Shown one piece after another: positions 14,255 through 26,440 of a stretch of 64,000 nucleotides of DNA. Location: contig OZ024742.1 of the NCBI GenBank assembly GCA_964016885.1, positions 171,430,001-171,494,000 of the forward strand, given 5' to 3'. This DNA is from Eledone cirrhosa. Taxonomy: Eukaryota. Numbering within the stretch: position 1 is the first letter of the stretch; each line of letters begins with the position of its first letter. Both the position numbers and the translations under genes were made by a program. The notes under the pieces were generated by a model. The model made no database searches, had not been told where the DNA came from, and saw nothing but the letters and a program-made list of their open reading frames with translations.

Positions 14255-14768
14255 ATAATGATACATGACATACCCTGAAATGTTATATGGTTAAGATTTA
14301 ATCAAGGTAGTGATTAACCTAAGAGAAGATTTTATTTATCTGCCGTCAATGAGAGAATGCGAAAACGTAATACATTCATTAGAGAATGTGTGAGTAAGAA
14401 AAAACGTGTTCTAAAAGTTTTAAAGTGTATGCTACTACGATATATCTAGGAAAACATCTCATGAATCATAACAGCCAGTGATAACCACTTTCGGCTGACT
14501 GCCACAGGCGGGGTAGGTAGCAGTAAGCTATATATAACAGGCCTGAATGGGTCATTGTTTGGCTGAGAGGGGGAACTGACTAAGCGAATTTCGTTGAAAT
14601 CTGCGGTAGCTAATGGTCAACTTCCTTCGGACCTGCGCCTGCGCAGACCGGTGGGGTGAATTGGTACTCACAAGGGAACGGATGAAGACCCCAACAGCAC
14701 ACAATTCGTCCGTTCCCATGTCGATTCAATTTGGATTTCCTCGGAAACATAACCTTATTATGTAACAA

Positions 14769-14843
14769 GATGTCTGACGATGTCGCGGCACTGGCTCACG
14801 GAATGAGTGTGGCCACTGTCGCCATTGAAATATATATCACAGC
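14769..14843 (+). ncRNA. Type I hammerhead (family M, single copy in window)
   Basis: gatgt-CTGACGA-GC-rich stem II (tggc...gcca)-GAAA-TATATA-TC-acagc; stem I is weak. Confidence 0.65.
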
Positions 14844-14894
14844 ATTATTATTAAAAGACTTGAACATCTGAAACTACTTCGCTTTTCCTTATTC

Positions 14895-14954
<60 letters not shown>

Positions 14955-15513
14955 CAATAAAGTATGTCCATAGAATCATTTGATAAAATATATACATTAT
15001 CTCCGCTCCCAATTAGCATAATCAACCACACAAAAAAAAAACAATTAAACAAGGCTATAAGATTAAAATACACCTATGGAGAAATAATAGATAAATAAAC
15101 GACAGCTATCTATTCGCGATCAACAGCTATAGAATATTTACCCACCATTTCTAATAGCACGTGGAAATCGATTAACTATATCGTCAACCATACACAATTA
15201 GGTATAAAATCAAAGTTAGAAGAAAAAGTGTATATAAACATACCAAAATTACGTTTTTACCCCATGGGTTTTCATTCGCTTTTGGAAATATCCGATCAAG
15301 GATAAATTCACGAGCTTCGAAACCATCAGGAAACAAACTCACTTGGACGAAGATTTTTCCCCGCCAGAAACGAATTCAAAGTGGCTAAGAACTGTGACGT
15401 GGTAGTGGTCAAGTCAGAAAGAATATGATTGGTGCCTTACGGCGAGTGGGCTGGTTGCTAGAAAGCGCAGCCTAATATTGCCTAAATTGCATCTCAACCA
15501 TATGGGAGATTAT

Positions 15514-15583
<70 letters not shown>

Positions 15584-15589
15584 CTGTAT

Positions 15590-15620
<31 letters not shown>

Positions 15621-15658
15621 GAGAGAGAAATTAAGAGAGAAAGAGAGCTAGAGAGATG

Positions 15659-15707
<49 letters not shown>

Positions 15708-15713
<6 letters not shown>

Positions 15714-16064
15714 AAAAAGGGATGAAATCGAAAATGCAACTGAAGTCTTATTTTTAAAAAAAATATATATATTTATTTGGTTCCTTTACCGGTTTCGCAG
15801 TTCTTCTGCTTTTCAAAAGGTGAGTTGAGATGGAGGGTCTGTGGTTTTTCTCACATCAGATGTGAGAAAAACCACAGACCCTCCATCTCAACTCACCTTT
15901 TGAAAAGCAGAAGAACTGCGAAACCGTTAAAGGAACCAAATAAATATATATATTTTTAAAAAAAATAAGACTTCAGTTGCATTTTCGATTTCATCCCTTT
16001 TTCTTTATACTTCCACTCGTGTAGGACACCTCGGTTATTTTTCATTTTGTAAAAAAAACCTCAC

Positions 16065-16070
<6 letters not shown>
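15708..16070 (+). mobile_element. Family I element: ~300-bp palindrome (centre 15858) plus tail
   Basis: 15708-15857 is the reverse complement of 15859-16009; (TA)n flanks. Confidence 0.85.
15783..15820 (-). ncRNA. Minimal hammerhead with U3-A8 core variant (mirror copy 15896-15933 +)
   Basis: cctt-TTGAAAA-gcag aagaa ctgc-GAAA-CCGG-TA-aagg. Confidence 0.7.
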
Positions 16071-16102
<32 letters not shown>

Positions 16103-16937
16103 ACATCGAAACACAAATTTGTATTTCAGATAATGATCTATAGTATGTTGGTGACATACAAACGAATATCAAGCGGTTTAATCTATTATAATAGATTGAA
16201 ATGAGAATGTAAGAGCGTGTTTTAAAAGCTATATGCTTCAGAACAATGAAATTTGCTTAAAGTAACAAAGAAGATAACGAAATATATATCAACGAGACAT
16301 ATCAATATCATCACGTAGATAGGAAAAAGAAGGAAGGAATATTTTGGAGTATCGCTTCAGATGACATGCATAAAGTCATGTTATGACTGGGGCCGCTATC
16401 ATTAAAACAACCTACAACCCTCTGAGATAAAATTTGAAGAGGGTAGCTCTACCACATAGTTGTGTTGTGTAACAAAGAGAAGTTGATAAGACAGGGATAT
16501 ATATTATTAAAACACCAAATAAACAACATGTATGAACGAATCTAAATCTTCATATGAGTGAGCTGTAACACATTAGCTTGGTAGGATGGGGTGTACCTAT
16601 AGCTAAAATACACAAGAAAGTTCCTACATGTCGTAACCGTGACTGTGTTTACCTTTACTATTTATATAGAGTGGCCTATCAGTTTGAAATTACGTGCTTG
16701 ATAAATAATTACCAGCCTTGAAAAATAAGTACTGTGGTCAGAATGATCAACCCAGTCTCTTAAGGCTGGAGCCGCAACATGACCACACTCTCATGACTAA
16801 AACCAATAAATGTTTCAAACAACAATATAATGAAATTCTTAGAATCACCATAAATTTTGATTTGGTATTTTCTGGAAGAAAGAAACTCTGGATTTCTTTC
16901 ATCTTCTCCCCCATCTCTCTCTGTCTCTCTCTCTCTC

Positions 16938-16968
<31 letters not shown>

Positions 16969-17014
16969 TAGCCGTCGAAACGGCTTGAGCTCAGCTGTCG
17001 GGGTCTTACTGGTT

Positions 17015-17092
<78 letters not shown>

Positions 17093-17096
<4 letters not shown>

Positions 17097-17239
17097 AGGT
17101 GAGTTTTATTGTAGTACAATAAAGCAATGCAGATATCGGATAAGAAGCACTCTACAGTTTGTAGGACTGGAGTATACATAATATATAAGATCAAAAGAAG
17201 GTTAAAATAAACGGAACTCCTTTAACCATCTTTTGATCT

Positions 17240-17250
<11 letters not shown>
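17093..17250 (-). mobile_element. Family F tail with short inverted arm
   Basis: Reverse complement of 11440-11548, followed by a direct copy of ~11428-11460. Confidence 0.75.
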
Positions 17251-17285
<35 letters not shown>

Positions 17286-17379
17286 CCCCGGGGTCTTGCA
17301 TAGCTACGGCTTTCTAAATGTTTACCTATAAACATACCGTATCTCTTTTGAAATACGAAATTCCAACACACACACGCAC

Positions 17380-17489
<110 letters not shown>

Positions 17490-17509
17490 ACATACATATA
17501 TATATACAG

Positions 17510-17587
<78 letters not shown>

Positions 17588-19125
17588 AGTTTTATTGCAC
17601 ATTTAATCAAACTTCTAAATATTAAGGAACGCAGAATGGTCTTTCGATTCAAAGGTGTAACTGCTGTTTACTGCAATAACACCAGTAATACCATTTGTAA
17701 ATTCCCAGTCAACACAAATTCCCTAATCTAGTCGAGATGAAATAAAAATTGAAAAGAAACGATAGTCACTTAAACGAAAGATCTAACCTCTGTAACGAAT
17801 TTAGTCTGTCGTTCTACTGTCTCAATCGCTCTTTTCACATTATCTGACACTAAAGTCACTATAGCCTAGTGGATTAGTTAATAACCATCAGCATAGCGTT
17901 TCCTACCAACGATGTGGTTGATTTTATATGAGTGTGAAATTATTTAACATGCAGATATACCTGAGTAGTTAAAACCACTTTGCAATCATGAAATATTCAA
18001 TAGGTGTATATATTCAGCGACCCTTCATGAGTGATGTTTGACACATTATGGATTGAATCAGAAGCAACTGAACAATTCAGGTCTTTAAGTTTTAACATTG
18101 AATACAAACATGAAATTTGCAGCATATACCTATGAAGATTCAGACATTTAAATTTATTGTTGATATAACTATAAATTGTTTAAACACACAGAAACAGAAA
18201 GCAGCATTGAAAAGGACTACAAGTGCCATAAATGAGAGAAAAAGGAGGTGAAGCGCAAGGTCTACTAGACAAAGAAAGAAAGAAAGGGAGGAGGTGAGCA
18301 GATGACTAAGCTGAGGATGGAAAACATGTCACAGCATGTAGCGTCCCAGATGAAGGATTTACCTCCTTTGAAATATTTCCGGTTCTATCATGAAAAGCAG
18401 CGTGAAATAAAGTGTCGTGCTATAAATAACAAGACCCCCTGCCCATAACCTTATGATCATCTGTCTAACAGCCTAACCAGTATGCCACGTAGCAATATTT
18501 CCCTAAGTAATGTGGAACATTATCGATAATACCCGATGTATTTCAATATGTCGATACTTTAAGATTTTATATTGCAAAATATTGAACCGTAGATGATTTC
18601 AACAAACCATCTCCTATGGTAAAAAGACTATGTAGGAGGCATATTAACTTACTTGTCAATAAAGGTATTTAATCAATTAAGGTCACGGACTTTTGCAATG
18701 AAGTGTAGCAATGAAAAATATTCTAATTGATTTAAAATCGAATATTATTGTGTATTCGTAGAAGAAAACACCGTTGATAAATTGTTTGGTATGAAACCTT
18801 AGCTATGAAATATAAGCTCTGAAGAATTTAGTGCATTAATTTTTAATTAATTATAAAATCACAACTTAATTCTAAGTCAGTTGTCAGCACATTATGTTGC
18901 CAAATAACGAGGCAATGTTTGAAAATTCAGAATTAAATATTAAAGCGTTCTGATTTGTTGCAGTTTAATATAATACTATACACAGCTAATGTACCATAGT
19001 AAACGTGATGAAATATATTAAAACGGTGGAATGGATTGGACCTCCGTCGGTTTCGACGATGAGTGATTCAGTTATTCTATCAGAGCAGATACGTGAAAGA
19101 TAGGTAGGCACAACAATGGGAAGTT

Positions 19126-19406
<281 letters not shown>

Positions 19407-19504
19407 GTTTAAAATATGGGGAGCACAAGACAATGGAAAAAAAAACGGTAAGACGGACAGTCCCATCTCCTCAGTCTAGCTCTGGTTTCGGCCTATATAC
19501 ATAT

Positions 19505-19935
19505 AAGTGTGCATATGTATGTGTGCATGTATGTATTTATATACATACTACTGTACGTATGTACACATATATGTATGTACGTATAAATACTTATATTTAG
19601 GTATCAGCCGTACTAAGAGTGAGACATGAAATTTCGTTTCATTCTTTTCCATTTATCGTTTTCGGTACGCCCGGCCGACTAACTCACTCGATATGCAAAT
19701 TAGGCTGCTCAGCCGTTAATATGCATAAGGAAATTATATACTTTCAAACGTTCAATCATCTGACAGAAAAGTATACGATGCTGACGATAGCTAATAAGCT
19801 TGAAACTAATACATCGTTCCTGTGTCAGTGTTGAATAAAAGGGCGACGATGCTCGCCGAGCAATGTACGGCGTAGTTAGGGCTGTTTGTTTATAAACAAA
19901 CCGAGCATTATAATAAATGTTCGGTAAACCCATAC

Positions 19936-19988
<53 letters not shown>

Positions 19989-20052
19989 CATGTATGTATA
20001 TATATACATACTACTGTACGTATGTACACATATATGTATGTACGTATAAATA

Positions 20053-20058
<6 letters not shown>
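19505..20058 (+). mobile_element. Family R retrozyme-like copy 2 (HHR 19775-19817)
   Basis: acgatg-CTGACGA-tagct aata agctt-GAAA-ctaa-TA-catcgt; terminal direct repeat ~19520-19597 / ~19985-20058. Confidence 0.8.
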
Positions 20059-20090
<32 letters not shown>

Positions 20091-20138
20091 CAAATAACGA
20101 AACGAAATTATACATATGTAGATGTACACTTTAACTTA

Positions 20139-20185
<47 letters not shown>

Positions 20186-20229
20186 TAAAACATATCTATG
20201 ACTTTATATATATATATGTGTGTGTAAAC

Positions 20230-20284
<55 letters not shown>

Positions 20285-20287
<3 letters not shown>

Positions 20288-20483
20288 TTAATATAGATGA
20301 GATTCTACAGGACTAGAACTGTTTCATTCTTTAGAAATCATCAGGAATCAGATTCCTGATGATTTCTAAAGAATGAAACAGTTCTAGTCCTGTAGAATCT
20401 CATCTATATTAAAACTGTTATACTCTGCTATGTATTGAGTACCTTACTTACTGTGGTTACCTCCGATTCAACCCGGAATAACG
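20285..20483 (+). mobile_element. Family C palindromic element with back-to-back hammerheads (20300-20349 -, 20350-20400 +) plus tail
   Basis: Perfect inverted repeat centred on 20350; agattc-CTGATGA-tttct aa agaat-GAAA-cag ttctagtc ctg-TA-gaatct. Confidence 0.88.
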
Positions 20484-20497
20484 TATATATATATATA

Positions 20498-20657
20498 TAT
20501 TTATTAAAATAACAGATTAAAGTTTAAGCAAAGAATCGCTGCTTTCATCCTTAAACTTTAATCTGTTATCTTAATAAATATTTGCTCTACGGTTCTTATA
20601 TATTTGATATATATTTATCCTTATTGGATTTTAGTCTTCAAATTTATTATTATTACT
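20498..20657 (+). mobile_element. Family H mini-element (inverted arm, direct arm and tail); also 36449-36631, 45301-45548 and 49838-50120
   Basis: Shared sequence tttattaaaataacagattaaagtttaagcaaagaatcgctgctttc and its complement; (TA)n flanks. Confidence 0.8.
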
Positions 20658-20669
20658 ATATATATATAT

Positions 20670-21035
20670 AAAGAAGAAATTAAAAAAATGGTTAAAAAAC
20701 TTCCATATATTTTATTATGCGCATTTCAAAAACAAAATCATCCTGTGACAAACATTGTGTTTTCATCAGATAAAATAAGGTACCATGAAAGTGTCAAGTC
20801 TACATATAACACTTTCCTGTTGATAAGTGTTTTTAGGCCTATATCATGTTACCTTATTTTATCTGATGAGAACACAATATTTGTCTCAGGAAATGCGCAT
20901 AATAAAATATATGGAACCATTTTAACCATCTTTTAATTTCTTCTTTCATATATACTCCAGTTCTACCAACTGTTGAGTGCTACTTATCTGAAATATGCAT
21001 AGTTTTATTGTTCTACAATATTACTCACCTTCTAC
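20670..21035 (+). mobile_element. Family F inverted pair with two hammerheads (20708-20777 -, 20855-20909 +) plus tail
   Basis: tattttat-CTGATGA-...-GAAA-TGCGCA-TA-ataaaata on both strands. Confidence 0.82.
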
Positions 21036-21038
21036 ATA

Positions 21039-21075
<37 letters not shown>

Positions 21076-21104
21076 ATTATGTAATAAACAACATAAGGCA
21101 ATTA

Positions 21105-21164
21105 TTCCATTTACCAGTGGTTTCTTAAAAGCAAAAGGTTTTGCTTTCAATCCTCAGAATGAAA
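21105..21164 (-). ncRNA. Family A hammerhead
   Basis: ttcatt-CTGAGGA-ttgaaagcaaaa cc ttttgcttttaa-GAAA-ccactgg-TA-aatgga. Confidence 0.85.
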
Positions 21165-21373
21165 AATCCTGGTTTGTTTATTGAATATGGATTCTAAAAA
21201 CGAAAATGCAATCTATATGAAAGTGAGGCTGGAAAAGGGAGAAGGAAAGGAAAAATAAAATAAAATAAAACTACACATGCAAACACACACAAAAAAACCC
21301 AAAAGCATACTTACACACACACACATATATACACATATAATTTGCACGCATACACACATACACATACACATAC

Positions 21374-21410
<37 letters not shown>

Positions 21411-21503
21411 CACATACATACACATATATATATATAAAAAGAGCGTACACCTACACACACATACACATATATATACACACATATATACACATACATACAC
21501 ACG

Positions 21504-21537
<34 letters not shown>

Positions 21538-21565
21538 TATACATATATATACACATGTACATATC

Positions 21566-21604
<39 letters not shown>

Positions 21605-21636
21605 ATACACATACATATACACACATATACACATAT

Positions 21637-21667
<31 letters not shown>

Positions 21668-22066
21668 TGTGTGTGTACAAGCCTACACATACACACACAC
21701 ATATATATACACACACATATACATACATTCACACAAACATACAACGTACATACATACACATACATGAATGCACTCCACTACATATTAACACACGCAAATA
21801 AATATAAGAAAAAAATATATAAATAATATTAACAAATATTTGACAGCGATACATGCCCCAGCTAACAGGACAGACACGCGTGGTAAGTAATACACACATA
21901 AGCGCATATACATACGTTCGAAATAGTAAACACATACACACACTCTCACACATAAATATACATATACAAATACATAAACACGTACATACACATACATACG
22001 CAAACACGTACACGTATACAATATAAACACACACATGTATATGTAATTATATACACACACACACAC

Positions 22067-22109
<43 letters not shown>

Positions 22110-22388
22110 CAAAAATATAAAAATATAAACGCACACACACATATAAATACGTAAACACACATATACATACATAGCTAAACAATTATACACATGCAAATAC
22201 GTATATATCAAAAGAACGCACAACCAAATACAAACACACACACATATATACACACACACACACCCACACACAAACCCACACATACATAAAAATAAATAAA
22301 AACACACGCAACATATACATACATACACGTACATATACATATATACACACATACATATACATATATATATATACACGCATATATATAC

Positions 22389-22426
<38 letters not shown>

Positions 22427-22572
22427 GTACACGCACACATACACACATGCATACACATACACACACACATATACATGTGTGTATGTGTAAAGCTCAGTAT
22501 TAGATAAGACAAATGAACCTTACATAAACGTATATATAGTAGTAAAGTAATAAAGCCATACAAGGCAATTAA

Positions 22573-22631
22573 TCCATTCACCAGAGGTTTCTTAAAAGCA
22601 AAAAAAGTTTCCTTCAATCTTCAGAATGAAA
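22573..22631 (-). ncRNA. Second, degenerate family A hammerhead (GUG at the cleavage site)
   Basis: ttcatt-CTGAAGA-ttgaagg...cttttaa-GAAA-cctctgg-TG-aatgga. Confidence 0.6.
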
Positions 22632-23018
22632 TATACAAATATATACACACATACAGACACGCACACACACATATATATATATACATATATATATACATGT
22701 ACATATATATATATATATATATATACAGACATATATACACACATACACACACATACATATACACACATACATACACATATATATACATACACAAACATAT
22801 ACGTACACATATACATATATACACACAAAAATACATACACATACACATAGGTATGTGAAGGGCAAAACAAAAAGAATATATGGGGTGGGGGGCCTAGAGG
22901 AGGTAAAAATATAAAGGGAGGTAAGGGAGAAAAAAATATATTTTTTAAAATACAAGAGTACAGAAGGTAGAAGCAGCAAAATAAAAGCCGTAGCAAAAGT
23001 AAAGAGCAGAGAAGGAGT

Positions 23019-25115
23019 TCAAGGCGGTTGATTTATCGTAGGAGTGTCAATCCAGTTACAGATCAGATGCGATTTCAGATGAGGACAGCATCTGAAGATC
23101 TCAGTCTTAGAGTTAAGGCAAGCGGAAGTGTCTCTCAAGTTTAGCAAAATCCTATACTTTTCTGTGGTACACAAAGAACAATTCTTTGTGCCCCTTTGGT
23201 ACTCCCTCGAATGGTCTAATATAGACCAATCAATAGAGTACGGGATATTACTATCCTTGAGATCCCATACCTTACTTGCGAGGGCCGTTGATGTTCGTTT
23301 ATCTGAGTGTTTAAAAGAAGCGACATGTGAGTAAAATCTGGTTTTAAACCTGTCCTGGGTCATACCGACATATCGCTCGCTTCTGGCTGGCTGGTTGTTG
23401 ATAACTGGCGTTATTTTAGCCTCATAAACGACAGATTTTGTTTTACATTTACCCTGCAATGGGCATTCATCCGGCTTCCTGCAACTGCATCCTGGATTTA
23501 TCCTCGTACGGTTTGAACTGGTGATTTTGGATTTCATGGATGGACAACAAGAGTAGCTGATCTTAACTACATTCCTATTAAAAATCTTATAATATCTATG
23601 AATAGGAGGAAAATGTTTGTCTAATAGTTCAAGGAATTTCCTTCCTACATTAGTTTTGACATTTAGAGAGAAGGGGGGTGTGAACCAAATAATCTTCCTT
23701 TTCCTGTTATTATGGTTAGTTTTAGGGGGGGGAATAGGTAAATAAGAAATATTTTCTGTAAAACCGCTGTTCTTAAGGGCTTTATTATAATAAGGGGCGG
23801 CTTTATTAAAAATGTCTATAGACGAAGATAAAGTAGAAATCCTACGGCTAATGTTAGGAATAAGATTTTTAAAAACTATAGGTGGATGGCAAGACTCTTT
23901 GTGTATATACCTAAGATTTTCATTAGGTTTATGATAGGGTTTAAAAGAGGCAGTAAGTAGATCAAGATTAATATCAAGAAAGTTAGCATTAGTAAGGTTC
24001 GTATCTATAGTAATTTTAAGGTTAAGATTAGCAAAGGTACTAATTAAATCTTTACGGAATTTATCAAGATTATGGCCATTGGTGGTATGAGAAACTGCTA
24101 ATCCGTCATCACGGTATAAACCGATATTATGGGACGGAAATTTCTCTTTGAGTGTGTGGAGAAGGAATAATCCTACTAAGTCGCACACATCCGCACTGTC
24201 ATAAGAACCCATTGCAACATCGAAAGAGTTTTCAGGGTTTGACTTTTTAACCCAAATCTTATCATTAGTAAAAAGTAAAGTTTTTCTGGCATGAAAGATA
24301 ATGTCCTCTTCTAATTTGGAGATATTAATGAAGGGTCTTGCAAAATCTAAGGCTTTAGTTAATAAGGAAACGGTAATAGAAGGGTAAAAATCGACAATAT
24401 CAAATTGCGTAAATCTACACTTATTTTTACCTTGTATATTATTGAACCAAGAAATAACAGAGGAAGTATTTAGCCACTGTGAAAGGACAGTGTTAGTTCT
24501 AATTTGGATAATTATTTTTCTTAAGATTTTCTTACTAGCAAGGCCAACCTCGGATTTAGCCGGGTTAATCAGTCTACAACTAGGTCGATTAGTAAAGTCC
24601 AATTTATGGTCTTTAAGGGTAATATATGCTTTACGCTTAGCTAAGCTTTCAATCCGGTTATCTATTTGTAAAGAACTAGCTAGTTCTTTAGCTTCTTTAT
24701 TGATAGTATTGTAGCTATTATTATTAGTTAATTGATATTTATTGGTAATACTATTAGTTAAAAGTTGGTTATACAAATTACTATTAACTTCAAAGAGGTT
24801 TTTGGTTTTATCAGAAAGAACAAAAGTGTTTGTAGAATTTCTAAAATTAGAGATATCGTGAGAAAGTTTAGTTTGAAAATTATTATTGTACTTACGAAAT
24901 TTGATATCACTAATTAGATTAACGAGGTCTAATTCGAAGTTGGCCATATCTTTAATTCTAGGTGGATATTTACGGGATTTAATGTCAAAATTATCTTTAG
25001 TATCAGCACTGAATAGTCCATCGTAAACCATTGCCTTCCATCTCATTCTTTTAACGACTTGCTCGATTTTATCAATGAGGATTTTGGTGTATGTTGTGTT
25101 GGAAGGAGATTTCAA
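23019..25115 (-). CDS. PLE reverse transcriptase with C-terminal GIY-YIG endonuclease (698 aa open; probably 5'-truncated by a few codons)
   Basis: RT motifs FDIVDFYPSI, MGSYDSA, LYRDDG, FLD and thumb YIHKESCHP; linker CSCRKPDECPLQGKC; GIY-YIG VVY...YVG, RFYSH, CSLCTTEK, LNSKTE. The annotated start is a TTG at the junction with family G. Confidence 0.95.
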   Translation of the reverse strand: MKSPSNTTYTKILIDKIEQVVKRMRWKAMVYDGLFSADTKDNFDIKSRKYPPRIKDMANFELDLVNLISDIKFRKYNNNFQTKLSHDISNFRNSTNTFVLSDKTKNLFEVNSNLYNQLLTNSITNKYQLTNNNSYNTINKEAKELASSLQIDNRIESLAKRKAYITLKDHKLDFTNRPSCRLINPAKSEVGLASKKILRKIIIQIRTNTVLSQWLNTSSVISWFNNIQGKNKCRFTQFDIVDFYPSITVSLLTKALDFARPFINISKLEEDIIFHARKTLLFTNDKIWVKKSNPENSFDVAMGSYDSADVCDLVGLFLLHTLKEKFPSHNIGLYRDDGLAVSHTTNGHNLDKFRKDLISTFANLNLKITIDTNLTNANFLDINLDLLTASFKPYHKPNENLRYIHKESCHPPIVFKNLIPNISRRISTLSSSIDIFNKAAPYYNKALKNSGFTENISYLPIPPPKTNHNNRKRKIIWFTPPFSLNVKTNVGRKFLELLDKHFPPIHRYYKIFNRNVVKISYSCCPSMKSKITSSNRTRINPGCSCRKPDECPLQGKCKTKSVVYEAKITPVINNQPARSERYVGMTQDRFKTRFYSHVASFKHSDKRTSTALASKVWDLKDSNIPYSIDWSILDHSREYQRGTKNCSLCTTEKYRILLNLRDTSACLNSKTEIFRCCPHLKSHLICNWIDTPTINQPP

Positions 25116-25231
25116 ACGGCTTGAGCTCAGCCGTCGGGGTCTTACTTACTCCTATTACCCACTCTACTACCCTAAGTATTGAGTACTTTGGTGCGTTATG
25201 GTCCACCTGGTTCCTTACCACTTTTCCCTCG

Positions 25232-25271
<40 letters not shown>

Positions 25272-25272
<1 letters not shown>

Positions 25273-25445
25273 AAGGTTAAACTACCATGACTGATCTTAA
25301 CCATCTACTAAGTCAGGGTATGTCATGCATCATCTTATTTTATCTGATGAGGATGTACTGTTGAAGATAGCTCAGTACCTCTGAAATATGTATAATAAAA
25401 TATACTTGATCACACGAATGTCTATTTTTGTTAATATTTTGAATT
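25272..25445 (+). mobile_element. Family E-related arm with hammerhead (25336-25402)
   Basis: tattttat-CTGATGA-ggatgtactg...cagtacctct-GAAA-tatgta-TA-ataaaata. Confidence 0.75.
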
Positions 25446-25446
25446 A

Positions 25447-25540
<94 letters not shown>

Positions 25541-26242
25541 AAAGAGATGAAGATAAAATGAATGAAGAGTCCACGGGACAATGAAATAATGAAACCACCA
25601 ACAAAAGGAAAGAAAGAAAGCATGAACAGAATAACGAACGAAATTCCAAAGAAAACACAATTTGTAGACCAAAGATTCACGTCTATGAAACGTTTTTATC
25701 AATGACGGACATGAAATCATGGCGGCTTGTACAATAGAGAATGATCATTTTGTGCCAATCAACATGATTGCTGCGAAGTCAAAGAAATGTCAGCGAAATT
25801 AATCAGAGCAGTTCTTGCTAGGATACATTATAGCTTTGCTCCTTGGTTGATCAATGATGTTGCTTTTTGTTCTTTATCTTTTATTTCATTAAACTCAGCT
25901 TTGATGCAGATTAGCTACTAATGAGATAAAAAAAATTCAACCTTAAAACCATTTATATTATATTTGTAATGTATTTGCTCTGATAAATGTTTCGGCTTAA
26001 CAGAAGAAATAAAGTAATTATGTCGTCTGCTATTTTTGTGCTGATTTATTTTGTCATTGTTCTTTTCTCTTCCTGCTTTATACTTTCTTTTCGGCGGCTT
26101 CTACAATTGCTTATCGGCGATGTATTGTAACAGTGTATAGTAACACTGTTAATAAACAAACAACAAGTATATTAGAAGAAGCGTTGCTTCAACCCAAGAC
26201 GAAAACCCATAAGACACAAGACCCACACGTCGAAAAATAATG

Positions 26243-26440
26243 ATTTCTACACAAGGCCAGTAATTTGGGGGAGGGGAAAGTCGATTAAATCGACCCCAGT
26301 ATGTTACTGGTGCTTTATTTTATCGACCCCGTAAGGATGAAAGGCAAAGTTAACCTCGGTGGGATTTGAACTCAGAACGTAAAGGACCGTAATTCTATGC
26401 TGCAAAGCATGGTGTCTGATGCTCTATCGATTCTGCCAAG
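26243..26440 (-). mobile_element. SINE family 1
   Basis: Reverse-complement SINE core. Confidence 0.85.

Larger units (their letters stand above)
21075..25112 (-). mobile_element. Penelope-like retroelement (family A): near full ORF plus ~1.9-kb microsatellite-rich 3' UTR with two HHR repeats, tail-less end
   Basis: RT+GIY-YIG ORF; UTR blocks shared with the 583-5142 copy; HHRs at 21105-21164 and ~22573-22631. Confidence 0.85.

Noticed and set aside
15855-15925. CTGATGT at the family I palindrome centre as the HHR core
   Set aside because: A better fold with paired stems I and II uses TTGAAAA at 15900-15906.
23128-24714. Plus-strand ORFs overlapping the PLE
   Set aside because: Antisense shadows of the RT ORF.
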